The notes under the pieces were generated by a model. It searched no databases. It saw nothing but the letters and a program-made list of their open reading frames with translations, and was not told the origin of the DNA. A stretch of 53,030 nucleotides of DNA, filler included, from Basidioascus undulatus (Eukaryota): assembly GCA_000826855.1 (NCBI GenBank). It is 3 parts of 3 records of this genome, joined end to end, with 100 filler letters (N's around TTAATTAATTAA, not from the genome) between each part and the next. Parts side by side here need not be neighbours in the genome. Positions count along the whole stretch, not along the records: positions 17,721 to 35,331 come from JTLS01000521.1; positions 35,432 to 53,030 come from JTLS01000522.1; 1 more part is not named here. One strand, given 5' to 3'. Position 1 is the stretch's first letter, and each line of letters begins with the position of its first letter. Shown here piece after piece: positions 23,433-35,463 of this stretch. A program made the position numbers and the translations under genes.

Positions 23433-24574
23433 TCAATTTCTTAAAGAAGCAAGCTGGAAAAGTTTGCAGGCCAAAGCAAGCAAATCAGGGGATTGAATTA
23501 TGCATTTGCACTGCCAGACACTCTGACGCTGCCGGCTCTTGCAGAAAGTCCGATGTGCCTTCCAATCCCTGTCGACAAGCAACCCGTCAAACGAATGAAC
23601 GCAAAAAATGAACAGGGAGGTGCACACCTATTCTGATGCTCGACAGAGCAGTACTGCGCCACCATGCAGCCAGTACAGCGTTTCGGCGTGACATTCGCAC
23701 ACCCCGGCAAGCTGCACGCATCCGCGTGCTCGTCTGCAGCTTGTGAGCAGTGTATTACGGCGAATGAAAGGCGGACGATCTCATACAATGTCCATGATCT
23801 TCGGAAACGCGTCGCGTAGCGCTCGGCATTCGGATTCGTCTCCGGCATCCTGGCTCGCGATGACGCGAACAACGAGACGTTGCACCATATAGTCTCAAAC
23901 TCCATCTGGCGTCTACGCGGTAAGTGGGGCGCTGTTTAAAAAAATATGATCCCCTCAAACCAGGTTGAATCCCGGATCCTGCGCCCACTCATATAGTTTC
24001 TGGAGAAGAACACGACCGATGCGGCGGACCGCAGCTTGGCCTGCCCGAGTCCAGCCGCCGAACATAGATTAGTAGCTGCTGCAGCTTTTCCCCCAAAAGA
24101 GCAGGAACCGCTTACCCACAGCTCCTCGTCTTTACAAGCAGCAGTTATAGCCTACAGGAGACTGAGTTCCTCCGGCTCGCCAGCCGGAACGCGCTTCAGC
24201 CGGGCAAGAGGCGCTTGCCGTGCTGGAGCGAAAGGAAATCCGCCATGACCTCCGGGTTCGCAAGGACCTTGTCCAGAGGCGGCGACAGGTTATGACAAGG
24301 GTCATGCTCTTGATTGGAAGGCATGGCGAAGGTGAGTTCAAATGATAAGACGCAGCGACTCGGAAGGACAGGGAAGTAAGTCACTTGCACCTTCGCCAAA
24401 GTATCTTCTTCCTGAAAATGGATTACACTGGCCAGAAAGCCTCTGGAAAGACACATACATTCTTTTCAACAACCCTTCAAGGCAGCCAACTAAAAATAAG
24501 GCCGTCGGTGACGAACTCGAGTGAGTGTCTGCGTGCGATTCCAGCAGTTTGTTGAAGGCGTACGCCGCTCTCAT
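23433..24574 (-). CDS. MYND-type zinc finger protein (start uncertain)
   Basis: CSLPGCANVTPKRCTGCMVAQYCSVEHQN|RDWKAHRTFC is a MYND consensus at the C-terminus. Upstream exons lie at about 23770-24574. Confidence 0.75.
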
Positions 24575-24915
24575 TTTCTTGACGTCTTACCTAACTTAGT
24601 CCCGAATCTCAGCTAGCTGACTTTCAATCTTTTGAGACCTCCGTGCATTCTCGTAAGACGGTCGGTGATGGAGCTGTGCCTTTCAGTTAGATGAGGCCCT
24701 GCAGTCACTGTCCGGCCACTTGGAAGCAAACCGTTCATGTCCCATCCTCAGAAAGCCTTTCCTACTTATTGGAAAAAAAGAACCATCTTTATCTCGAGCC
24801 GAATCAATAGTAAAGATCGCACAAATGCAGCCAGGCACGGAAAAGTTCGAGACGCTTTCTCCACAAGCGACGCGTCTTCGGCGCGCTCTCTCGTCTTCTC
24901 CCTCGTCTCGGCACC

Positions 24916-25113
24916 ATGCCTCCCCAAACCCCCCAAGCCCTCGCGCTCGCAGCCAAAGAGAAGGTCCGCTCTCTCATCCATCTCTCCTTCATCGCTGGCT
25001 TTATGTTTGACGGGATTGGACGGGCGGAGGGCAGGGCAACGCCTCCTTCAAGTCCTCGCAATGGCTCGACGCAATCGGGCACTACACGCAAGCATGCGTG
25101 CTCGACCGGTCCG
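24916..25113 (+). CDS. N-terminal fragment of a TPR co-chaperone (RPAP3/Tah1/SPAG1-like); truncated
   Basis: MPPQTPQALALAAKEK|GNASFKSSQWLDAIGHYTQACVLD is a classic first TPR (KEKGN..F..AIxxYT). A GTGCGT donor follows at 25114 with no second-TPR exon after it. Confidence 0.7.
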
Positions 25114-25149
25114 GTGCGTCCTCCCTCTCCCTTCCCTCCCCCCACCCCC

Positions 25150-25438
25150 ACCACCTCTCTCAACCCTACTGCCCCAATTCTTCTCCCCCGCCCCAGTCCC
25201 GACCCAGCCCCCTATCTTCTTCCTCCCCCCCTTCGCCCCGCTACCAACGCACCAGCTCGCGTGGCCCTGGCCGCCCGCGCCCGCCCAGCTGGGCGTGGAC
25301 GACCTGCTTGCACCGGAGGGGCTCATCGGGGAGTGGAGTGTTGCGGGAGGAAGGACGGAGGGGGCAGATGCTGGGGAGGAGGGGGACGGGTCCGAGAGCG
25401 CGGGGAGGAGAGGGCCTCCGGCGCTGAGGGTGGACTGA
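25150..25438 (+). CDS. Orphan 3' coding fragment of an unrelated hypothetical gene
   Basis: Open frame ..QPPIFFLPPFAPLPTHQLAWPWPPAPAQLGVDDLLAPEGLIGEWSV..LRVD* with GC3-rich codons and no TPR character. Confidence 0.35.
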
Positions 25439-26331
25439 GCGATGAGATGAGATGAGCTTTGCGTGACTTGGGGGACGGCAGGTGATGCGTGTCATGTGCC
25501 AACTGGTGTTCGCTCTTCAAAATGTTTAGGACCCTCTGCCGCTGCGCGGAGCACAACCTATCTCGAAAGATCTTGCAGGGGGCGCGCTGTACAAAGGCCA
25601 AGCCGGCTGAGCAATCCTTCGAGGACCGACTGACTTTCTATCGAAACTCCAAGACGGCCATCGAGGCTGAGCTGCGATTTGGGATGTGTAGGCCTCGTGC
25701 TATAGTCAGAAAGCGGTTGTTTCAATGTAACTAAACACACTGGCTCGCACACACATCCCCACCACCTTGGATCGTGATGTCTATAAGCTTGAGCTTTTCG
25801 TTCTTGTACGTGCTATCCGCAACCTCTGTAAATGAGCCCACTGCCAACGCAGAACCGACCATGGCACGCGCAGGGACCGACGACTCGGCAGTGTGGGAAG
25901 GTCCTCTGATTTCGAAGCGACAAGCAGAGGCATTCCGAGCGGTGTCGTGTCGATACGATTATTCCGAGAGTTGTCTGAGGCTGAACGCGGTTGTGTGTAC
26001 GGTGTTTCAACTGGCACAGGGCGAAAAAGGCCACTTGCCTCTCCGTGCGTGTCTGTGTGAAACAAACGAAGCCATGCAAGCATCGCAAACTCAGAAAAAG
26101 CAAAGCGGACTGCAAACAGACACTACTACAAACGAACACAGCACACGCAAACAGTTTATATTGGAAAAGCTCAATGCATATCCTTCTCTTCATCAATTCT
26201 CATTTCTTTAGTCGCTCATCATTATCGTAGTCATCTCAGTCAGGTCTCACGCCCCCTCTCTGTGTACAGCAAAGCTCTCTTGCTCCCAAAGTCCTACCTC
26301 GCAGTCGCCGGTCGCCTCGCTGTACGCTCGA

Positions 26332-27131
26332 TCAGTGGCGGCGGTGGCTCGGCTCGTAGGCGCGCACATCGACGATGTTCTCGTCGTCGAGCTCGGACGC
26401 GATCACCGCGCCCGCGGCGGACGAGCGCGCGATGGCGGCGAGGTCGAGCTCGGCTGGTTCGACCCGCGCTCATATTGAGCGCTTGTCAACTCGGAAAAAA
26501 ATACTCGATAAAAATTATAGAAAGAGAAACCGAAAGTACGTGGAAAGAAATATGAGGGAAGAAAGAGACCCACGCTGCTTCCGCTCCTTCCTCGCCGCCT
26601 CGCGCTCCTCGACGCTCACATTGCTGAGACGGCGCGGGGGCGTGACCTCCTGCGGCGCGCGCGTAACCTCAATGTTGTCCGCGGGGAGCGCAGGCTCGGG
26701 CGGCTCGAACGCCTCGTCAGACGCGCCCAACGCTTCGTGGTTCACCTCCTCGCCGATCGAGCCCTGCTCCGCAACCCCCAGTCTGGGTCAACTTCGGTCG
26801 AGGATGGAATGGGGAGGGAGAGGGAGGAGAAGGAGGATGAGGGGGAAGAGGAGGGGGGGGGCACGACGAACCCAGTTGTGCGACCCCGCCCCGTGCTTGG
26901 GCACGTCTGTGCGGAGCCCGTTGCGGGCCATGTGGCGGTCCTTCGCTGCTCATCACTCACAGCACATCAACACACACACTCTCTTCCCTCCTCGCACACA
27001 CGTCCACTCACCCGTCGCGCGCGGGTACGAGCTGCGTTCAGTCCTGTCCCGTCCACAGCGTCCCACGGTCAGTCTCTCCCTCAGCGAGCGGTACCCTCCT
27101 CCATGTCCAGCACAACCACAAACCTTGTCAT
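26332..27131 (-). CDS. STF2-like / HABP4-PAI-RBP1 motif protein (putative mRNA/ribosome-binding stress protein)
   Basis: Five exons splice to MTR|TERSSYPRAT|AKDRHMARNGLRTDVPKHGAGSHNW|GSIGEE...RRLSNVSVEEREAARKER..|..ELDLAAIARSSAAG..*. The DRH..G..K.GAG..NWG motif is present. Confidence 0.75.
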
Positions 27132-27374
27132 GATTTGACTGCTTTGGGATCCTATGGGATCTGGTGTCGTTTATGGCGTGATGGTGTTGGTGAGTGGTTA
27201 AGAGGGGGAAGCCGCACAGGAAGTTGGAACTCCTTGGAAGGTCACGCGAACAGTCGCAGTAGTTTCGGACGGCTGCGCAATCGGCCGCGCACGCAATGTT
27301 GCGTGTCGCCTATCGCGTCAGCGGACTCTCTCACCTTCTCCCCTGTGCCCGTTTGTTTTCTTTTTTCAATCCCT

Positions 27375-27821
27375 ATGCCTCCCATGTCCACGCTGGGCCC
27401 AAAGCATGCGATCCCGCGACTCTACGCGGTGTACATCCTGCGCTCGCGCCAGTATCCGCACTCCAAATCGATCTGTGCGTCCATTCATCCTTCTCACAGA
27501 TGCGTCCTGCTTATTCGCGCGAGGCACCCACGGCCGCAGACGTCGGCTCGACACCCGACCCGCCCAAGCGGATCAGGCAGCACAATGGTGAGATATTGCA
27601 GGTGCGTCTGTGTTTGTGCTCGACGTTCACGTTCCGACGACGAGAAGAAGACCTGACGCGGGAGCATGAGGGCAGGGCGCATGGAAGACAAAGAGGGGTC
27701 GGTACGTTCGTGGTGGGATCCGCCGTGGCGCTGCATACACAACGCTCATCAACCTTCTTCCAGACCTTGGACAATGGAAATGATCATCCATGGCTTCCCC
27801 TCCAAGATCGCTGCACTCCAA
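27375..27821 (+). CDS. SLX1: Structure-specific endonuclease SLX1, GIY-YIG N-terminal part only
   Basis: YAVYILRS..SI|YVGSTPDPPKRIRQHNGEILQ|GAWKTKRGR|PWTMEMIIHGFPSKIAALQ. The expected FEWAWQ exon is absent after the donor at 27822. Confidence 0.9.
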
Positions 27822-27823
27822 GT

Positions 27824-28047
27824 CCGTCCATCCCCCCCTCCCCCCCCTCCCCGTCCAGCTCACTGACGTCCACCCCCCGCACAGCATCAACCAGCCGTAC
27901 GAGCCCGCGCATCTCGCGCAGGAGGGCTTCGTGCTCTGGGGTGCCTTCGACGGGGGAAACGAGCGCGGCGAGCTTGTGCAGGTGCGCGAGCGTTTGGGGC
28001 GTGAGCTCCGCGGAGGAGAGCGGCGGGAGGATCGAGGAGAGCGTCGA
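27824..28047 (-). CDS. Internal fragment resembling fungal mitochondrial Glu-tRNA(Gln) amidotransferase accessory subunit (GatF/Gta3-like)
   Basis: STLSSILPPLSSAELTPQTLAHLHKLAALVSPVEGTPEHEALLREMRGLVRLVDAVRGVD resembles the recalled TLxxLHxLSAL.PP.EGT.EH..L..EM..LV.LV.AV..VD pattern. It has no start codon of its own and is in frame with the upstream RRM-R3H gene. Confidence 0.6.
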
Positions 28048-28973
28048 CGCGGGGGCGACGCCGGGGCCGGCGAAAAGGTTCTGGAACGTCGATGCGGCGG
28101 AGGAGGCGGAGGAGGGCCCGAGGGTTGCGGAGCGGCGCGGGCCCAGCGACGCGAACTGCTCGCGCAGGTTCGTGTTCGACGTGCGCGACGCAAGCGTGTG
28201 GTGCGGGTGGTGGTGATGTCCGGACGCTGCGCCGTGGGGACCGTGCGAGGTCGAGGAGAGGCCCGAGGACGAGAGGACAGAGGACGAGGGCGAGGTGCGC
28301 TTCATGTCGGGCATGGACTCTGCGACCACCGTGAGCAGCCATCGCCATTACATTCATCAGCGCACGCTCCACCGTGACGAGAACACCGGGTCGCGCAACG
28401 CACTCTTCGTTCGGAGCCCCGGGGGCGTCTGCATTCCGATCCCCGTGCTAGCGGGGCTCAAGAAGCTGGTATTGCTGTGCAGGTCGGGCCGTCCACCGCG
28501 GCCGATCGTGCTGCTTGCGTGGCGGAGCCCGCGGCCCGCGCCGTTGCTCTCGCCCGCGAGGCTCTGCGGCGACGACTGGGCCTGGCCCTGGGGCGGGGGC
28601 GGGTGGCGCGTGACGACGGCGAAGCGCTCCTCGCCCTCGCCGATCGAGTGGTGGTACAGGCTGAGCTTCTGCGCGACGAGGTGCACGATCCGCCGCTGCG
28701 AGGCTGTGAGCGACTTGGAGAACGCCAGCTCGTCCCGCATCCGGTCTTCCTTGAAGACGAGCACGCGCGAGTAGATCTCGAGCGTGGAGGGATCGTTCAG
28801 GTTCAGCTCTACTGTAGGTGAGTTAGCCAGAGTACGCGAAGAGGAAAGGCAGATCGACGACGACGACGAAGAAGACGCACCGTGTCGCGAAGTCGGGGGA
28901 GACGCCTGCGACTCCCGGTCGACAGAGACCTGGTCAAGGGTGCTCGAGGGCCCGCCAAAGCTGCGGCTGAGTG

Positions 28974-29023
<50 letters not shown>

Positions 29024-30186
29024 GCCGGGGGCTGTGCGAGGCCCTGCTGGATGCCGGACCAGTCCTGCGCGCCGGGCTGCTGCTGGTACGCCTCGCGGAG
29101 GCCGCCGCCGCCGTCGCTGTACCCGCCGCCGAGGCCCATGCTCGCCATCCGGCGGAGCGCCTTCTCGCGCTCGATGCGCTCCTTCTCCTCCGGGTGGAGG
29201 ACCTTCTTGTACTCGACGCGTAGCTTGCGCCCCAGGACGTCGAACCCGTTTAGCGCGGCGACGACCGCCGCGGCGTCTTGCGGCGTGCGGAAGTTGGCGA
29301 ACGCCAGGCCGCGGAAGACGGGGTCCACGTTCGGGTTCGAGGTGTCGTACTGCGGAGGGGTAGGAGGGTAAATTTGCCGCTTAAGAAGACGAAGAACGTG
29401 GGTCGACGCACATGGTAGTTGAACGCATAAGGCGTCGGGATCCGGAGGTCCTCCTGCTCTCTCGAGCGCCATGAGCAATCCTATCCTTCCAACCGCCAGA
29501 AAAAGACTGCCAACCCAACGTACAATGATCCCCAGCAGCTGCTCCTTCGCCAAGCTGAACGGGATGTTCTTGACGACGACCGCGTTCGGGATGACCTCCT
29601 CGCCGTTGACGAATGCGGGGCCCATGGGCGGCGCAGCGGGGGGCTGGACGAGGCCGAAATCGTCGTAGACGCCGACGACGGGCACGGCGGGCACCTGCGG
29701 CGGGGAGGCCGACGACGAGGACAGGTTCGAGCCGTTGTCTGCTGCGCCGGCAAGGGCGAGGTTCGCCGGTGCCGAGAGCGCGGGCGGGAAGGCCGGGGCA
29801 GGCGTCGAGTCGAGCCATTGCTACGTGCGCGGATGAAACTGGGTTGTCAGAGAGATGAGACTGAGGGCAGGGGCAAGGCGTTCGCTCACCTGGGGAAGAA
29901 CACCCCTGCTGCTCTTTTTGAGCATGCCGCCCGTCCCGCCCGTCCCGCCGAAGGAGCCCGCCATGCCGGGCGAGAGGCCGTTCTGGCTTCCTGCGTAAGG
30001 CCCGTAGCTCCTGTTGAACGAGTCGTACGCGCCGTTGGGCGGGCTGCTCCCGCGCTGGGACGAATACAGCTGCTGCTGCTGCGGGTCGGGAAAGCGCTGG
30101 GAGCGGCGGGTGCGGAGCGCGGGCTGCTGCGCCTGGTGCATGGAGAGGTCCGCGAACTGTGAGGCGAGGTCCTGGGCGTTGGCCAT
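28048..30186 (-). CDS. RRM + R3H RNA-binding protein (Pin4/Cip2-like); 3' end runs into the GatF-like fragment
   Basis: EVIPNAVVVKNIPF, FRGLAFANF..AALNGFDVLGRKLRVEYKKVL..EKERIEREKA, ELNLNDPSTLEIYS..ELAFSKSL..QRRIVHLVAQKLSLYHHSIGEG (R3H) and K|KSMPDM; ATG at 30186. Confidence 0.9.
28975..29022 (-). repeat. (CAG)16 coding microsatellite (polyQ)
   Basis: Perfect CTG x16 on the + strand within the RRM-R3H gene. Confidence 0.95.
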
Positions 30187-32618
30187 GACTATGAAGGGAG
30201 GTGAGGGGGGAGGGGGTCGTAGGTGGTCGTGGACGGTGGCTAGGGTGTTCGTTGGGTCGTGCCAGCAAAGCAAAGGCAGGGGTCGTCCGTTGTCCGTCGT
30301 AGGCTGTGGTCGTATGCCTTTCGTCTCGCCAGTCGTCACGGAGGAGGCTCAAAGGAAGACGTGGCAGAACAGCGAGCAGGCGTCGTCGTCGTCGGTGTCT
30401 TCAGAGTGTGTGGTGTCGTGCTTCGTCAGTGGCGGCGGCGGTGTCGGGCTGTAAATTGGTGTGTAGGTGTGCAAGTGTGTGCGAGTGTAAAAGGACAAGC
30501 TGCGTATCGGAGGAGCGTGGCACAAACACGAGGAGGGGGGAGCGCGGTCAGGCGAGGACGAGAGGGGGACGAGCGGGGAGAGGAACGCTTGAGCAGGGCG
30601 GTGCGACAGCCTGCCAGGCTGCCGCCGCTGTCATTGAACCTCGAATTCAACTCGCCATTACTATTGAACAATACTATCAGGCAGCACATTTTCTATCGGC
30701 TTCGAGCTCAGGGCAGGTTTTCATTGCCAGCTTGACAGTATGAAACCCCCTTCCGTTTCCTGTAACTTCCTCAAAAATATACGCTGGACAGCACTATTGT
30801 CCTCAGAGACTACCTGCAGTCCAGGCGAACAATAGCGCTCGTCGAGCGTGGCACTTGCTGTGCTTGCATGGGCCTGCTCCGCCGTAAGTTCCTACCAGTG
30901 GAAAGCGGACGGTCCTGGACCTTTTGTGGGGAAGTTCACTTGGAGGCTCCGAGTGGAAAGTACGGCTAGGTAGCATATAAAGCTCATTATAGTAAGGAAG
31001 GAGACAGTGAGGTGGCAATGATGCGTTGCGGTGTCACGTTGTTTCGCTGAGGACTCGTTCTCTGACTCGCACATCACTCCCTACTACGGGAAAGCCATCC
31101 CAGGCATGCTGCATAAGTAGCAACCCAATTTAATGTAACGCGGACGGTTCGCTCAGGCAACCTCTTTCAGGACTTCGAAGAGCGAACCGAGTTGCAGCTA
31201 TCCACAGTCGACTAGGTAACCCTCACTTCCGACACTCACTCTCCAGAGTATATTTTCGGTGCGCTCAAACATAAGTGCTGCACCTTCCGTATTTCCAGCC
31301 TCCCTTCTTGCCCCAAAGCCTGCAGAGCTGAGACGCTATTGCGGAAGAGGCTCCTCTGTCCGTTCTACAGACTGCGTGTAACGAACGCTCTCAAGTTTAG
31401 CTCTGAGCGTTCTCATCTCCCACGTGGTCTCCAACTCTTTCAGGAAGAGTTTTGCAGTTCATTCACACCGCGAAAGAATCATAGGCGCCTTTGCACATGA
31501 GACCGTTCTCATGTCGTTCGGGCTTGCGAGCTCACGAGGGGGCGCAGGAACTGGACATTTTCTTACGTCGACAATCTTCCAAGCCTCACTTTTGCAACAT
31601 CTTGAACGTGGCGCAGCATATCCGGGCCTCAGTTGCCTTGTTAGTCGGAAGCTCCTCACAGCTGCAGTTTCAGCGTTTTCGTCGAGTTAGCAGCTTCGCC
31701 TCCGGTGCAGGTGCACCGGAAAGACATCCTGTTATAGAACATGTAGGTCTTCAAGTGTTTTGCCCTTGTGAATTCAAAAGACCTCTCAAAGCTGCACTAG
31801 TCCAATTGCACCACCTCGAGCCTCTGGCACTATCACAGGTTCAGCATCTGCGTTCAGTTGGGTTCTTGGAGTCCCGTATCACAGAAGGTAAAGCAGTACT
31901 AAATATTATCAAATATGACGGGTTTCAGCTGTTTCACAACTTTGGAGAATCGCGAGCTCGCCATACATACTTGGTCGTGCATGGACCTGCTGGATGGCTA
32001 CGACGGCGCCAGAGCGGTTCCCGCTTCCCATTCTCCAAGTCCTCTCTCTGCTGGTTTCTTTCTCCTGCCCCGATTACATATTCAATTCTTCAAGTGACTC
32101 AGTCGAAACACGTTTGAGCTCAAAAGACACTCGATTCGATAATCATCCGCGGAATCTCCGGCTTGCATCCGCCCCTTCGCACACGCTTCCCACGCGATTG
32201 ATGATGTTTCGCTAATTTCCACCTTCTCCGCTGCTCTGCCGCTGCCACTTGTTCCTTTCATCACACCCAGCTCCGCGCGGAGTATAGGTTGTTTACACTT
32301 TATTCACTCTTCACTCTTCATCCTTCCCATCCCATTCTCCATCTGCTGCAGCGCAGCTTTCACCGTTCGCATTCGCATTCGCATTCCCATTCCCATTCGC
32401 GTACGTACGCTCTAGTCTGCACACCTTCACATGTTCCTTGCTCATGGCGGAGTCGACTGACACTGCATTTCCTTCTTCTCCCTTCCTGCGTTTAGACCCT
32501 CGATCCGATACCTACACTCACGCCCTACCCAGCCAGCCGATCCAGCGGCTTTTCAACTCATCCGACCTTCATTTCCTCTCCCTCCCCATCATCCATCCAT
32601 CCATCCATTCCCATCACG

Positions 32619-34860
32619 ATGCCCACGCTCTTCCCCGCACGCCGCGCAAAGTCCAAGCTCCCCACACGCCCCACATCCACATCCACCTCGTCCCTCCTCG
32701 CCTCCTTCGCCAGCAAGGTCAGCTCGTGGGGGTCCTCTAAACGCCGGGCGCACACTGCGCCTGCGCCAGCGCCGCGGCGGGAGGTGGAGGTGCAAGAGGA
32801 GGAGGAGAAGGAGGAGGATGCGAGTGAGGCCGACGTGAGTGCGGAGGTGGAGCAGGAGCAGGTTGAGGAGGAAGAAGCAGGAGATCTGGAGGCAGACGAG
32901 GTGGACGACAAGGTGCCCTCCCTGCCCTCCTCCCCGCTCAGCCCGCGCGGTCTCCTCCTCTCGCCCTCCGACGCCCGCCGGACGCCCATCCGTCTCATCA
33001 CATCCCATCGTGCGTCCTCTCCCCACTGCTCCCAGCATCCCCTCTGCTGACCTTCCCCTCCACACACAACAGAGCCGCGCCTCTCCCTCCCCGTGCCGCC
33101 CTCGCCGACCACGTTCTCCTTCTCCCCCCCGCCCCTCCCGCAGCCCACCCGCAAAGTGACCGTCCACCGCCGTCGGAAGCTCCTGCGCAAGTCGATTCCG
33201 CAGGCGCCCTTGGCGCCGTCGCCCTCCACCTCCGCGGACGAGGCCGTCGACCCCACGACGCGGCGCCTCACGCTTGCGCCGTTCCTGCCCCTCCTGCTCG
33301 GCGAGAACGGGGACGTGCTCCCCACCGCGTTCAGCAACACGCCTGCCGCACCCAAGACGAAGGTCGAGCCCCCGCCGCAGCCGACCGCCGAAAGAGTGCG
33401 CCGCCCAAGGCACAGCAGGCACGCACACAGCCCCGTCATGTCATCCCCGCTCGCAAGGCGAATGTTCGTCTCCTCCTCTACCTCCAGGCCAGTGTGCGAC
33501 TCGCCCTCTGCCTCGTCCTCCTCCTCCAACAGCGGCACGTCCCCGCCCCTCTCCGCACAGAGGCGCAGGATTGTTAGGCGCTCCGCTGCGGCTGCGGGCC
33601 TCGGCGCGCGGCTGAGCGAGCCCCAGAGGAAGCTCAGGAGCATCACGGCGCGGGCGTACGCGCACGCGAACCAGACGCCTCCCGCTCCCGCGCCGCCCCG
33701 CGCGCTCCCACCCGTCCCTACCTCTCTCGCTCCTCGCCCCACCGCCGCTCCTCCCTCCCCCTCCTCATCCTCCTCCGATGACGAGGACGAAGACGACCAC
33801 CCCGCCCCCTCGCGCGAGCTCTCCAAGCGCCTCCTCGCCCGACGGATCTCAGATGCGATCGCGCTAGCGTCCTCCTCCTCCCCTCCTCCCCCCACGCTCC
33901 CGGCACCCGAGCCCCTCACACCCGCCGACGCCGAGCGCGCCGTCCTCCGCGCCCTCTCGGAGCTCAGCAGCCCCGCCCCTCCGCCCGCGCCCGCCCTGGA
34001 GGCAGACGTGTTCTTCTCTGCGCCCTCTACGCCGCAGGCGCTCGCGCTGCCCTCCAAGGAGCAAGAGCTCGAGAAGGCCCTGCAGAGCCTGCGCAAGTCG
34101 GATGCGGCCCAGCCAGGTGCGTTCCTTCCTCCCTCCTCCCACATTCCCTTTCTTCCTTTTCTTTCCTCTTACTCACTCCCCTCCGCATATAGCCCCTGAG
34201 GACGACGTCTCCCCCGCCTCGCGCGCGCTCCTCCCCGCCGTGCAGGCCCTCCAAGCCGACGTGCGCGCGCGCAAGCTCGCCGAGCTCCAGCGTGCCGCCA
34301 GAAGCCGGCTGCCCGTCCCCTCCCAGGCACACACCCAACCCCACTCGCTCTCGCGCTCGGCTTTTTTGACGGAGGACGACTTCGGCCCCGTCATCGCCAT
34401 CCCGCCCTCGCAGAGCGCGAGCGTGTCGAGCATCCCGCGCCTGTCGGGGTCGGTCTCTACGCCCACTAGTCTCTCGAACTCGCTCTCGACGTCTACCAGG
34501 CCCAACATCCGGCACTCCACCTCCTTCACCTCCGCTGCGACCGGTCCCGCGCGCGCGACGCACCACCGCCGCACGGCGTCGACCGCAACGGCATCGCACA
34601 TCCCCGTGCGGAAGGCGCCACTGTCCATGTCCTCCTCGCACTCGTACTCTCGCTCCCTCTGCCAGTCCACGTCCCTCTCTACCTCCCGCTCCCGCTCCAT
34701 CTCCCGCGACGCCGAGGCAGACGAGAACGCGCCCCCACGTGCGGCGGCAGGCAAGGGCAAGCCCGCCCCCGCCCCCGCTCCCGCCCCGCGCTCACCCAAC
34801 CCGCCCCGGCGTGTGCTGAGGTCATATACCGCCGCCGCCGGGGGCGGGCAAAGGGCGTGA
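32619..34860 (+). CDS. Long Pro/Ser/Arg-rich, probably disordered hypothetical protein (3 exons)
   Basis: ATG 32619; GTGCGT introns at about 33010-33072 and 34117-34191; GC3-rich long ORFs; TGA ending 34860. Confidence 0.6.
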
Positions 34861-35331
34861 GCTCGTCCGGGTTCTTCTTCCTCCTCACTCTTACGCTCTT
34901 TTCGATCTTGTTTTGTTTAGGCTTGGTTCGATTCGGACACTGTTGTGCGACTTCTTCCTCACTCTTCACTTTTCCAATTTCCTCGGTCGATCGATTCGTC
35001 GCTGCGTTTTGCTCTCCCTTTGTTCTCGTTCCCGTTGTGGCTGGTCCCCAAATGGTTTTTCGTCTTGAATGTGTACACAGTCCTTGCTTTCGTTTTCGCG
35101 CTGCGCATCATGCCTTGCGGTGCGTTGTTTGGCGTGCTGCGTGCAGTGTGTCGGTGCGATTGGGGGAAGTCTGCAGGCAAAGCGCTCAGGCGGAAAGTAC
35201 GACCGTCAGACAACGAATAGCCGTGGACCATCGCAAGGACTATACACATATACAGGGGTTTTCAGAGGCGGGGGAAAGGCATGCGCCGGACGGTGGAAGG
35301 CGTGCCGGAAGGGGAAAAGCAAAGGACGCAC

Positions 35332-35431
35332 NNNNNNNNNNNNNNNNNNNNNNNNNNNNNNNNNNNNNNNNNNNNTTAATTAATTAANNNNNNNNNNNNN
35401 NNNNNNNNNNNNNNNNNNNNNNNNNNNNNNN
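35332..35431. other. Artificial contig-joining spacer (Ns with TTAATTAATTAA)
   Basis: Same 100-bp design as 17621-17720; TTAATTAATTAA at 35376-35387. Confidence 0.97.
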
Positions 35432-35463
35432 TCCGCACCGCCCGCCTCTACCCCGCCCCCGCC

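Noticed and set aside
31424..32215. 208-aa ORF in a lower-GC stretch as an F-box-like gene
   Set aside because: It has no ATG start and no diagnostic motif. It may be a remnant but cannot be supported.
32365..32400. (CATTCG/CATTCC)n and similar short repeats (also GACCC repeats near 20506-20525)
   Set aside because: These are ordinary microsatellites with no further structure.
32558..34144. 528-aa minus-strand ORF and other long antisense ORFs (e.g. 48108-49247, 16602-17507)
   Set aside because: These are shadow ORFs of GC-rich genes on the opposite strand, with no motifs of their own.
34959..35331. Minus-strand donor at the contig end and a possible terminal exon
   Set aside because: It is probably the 3' end of a gene cut by the gap, but frame and identity cannot be determined.
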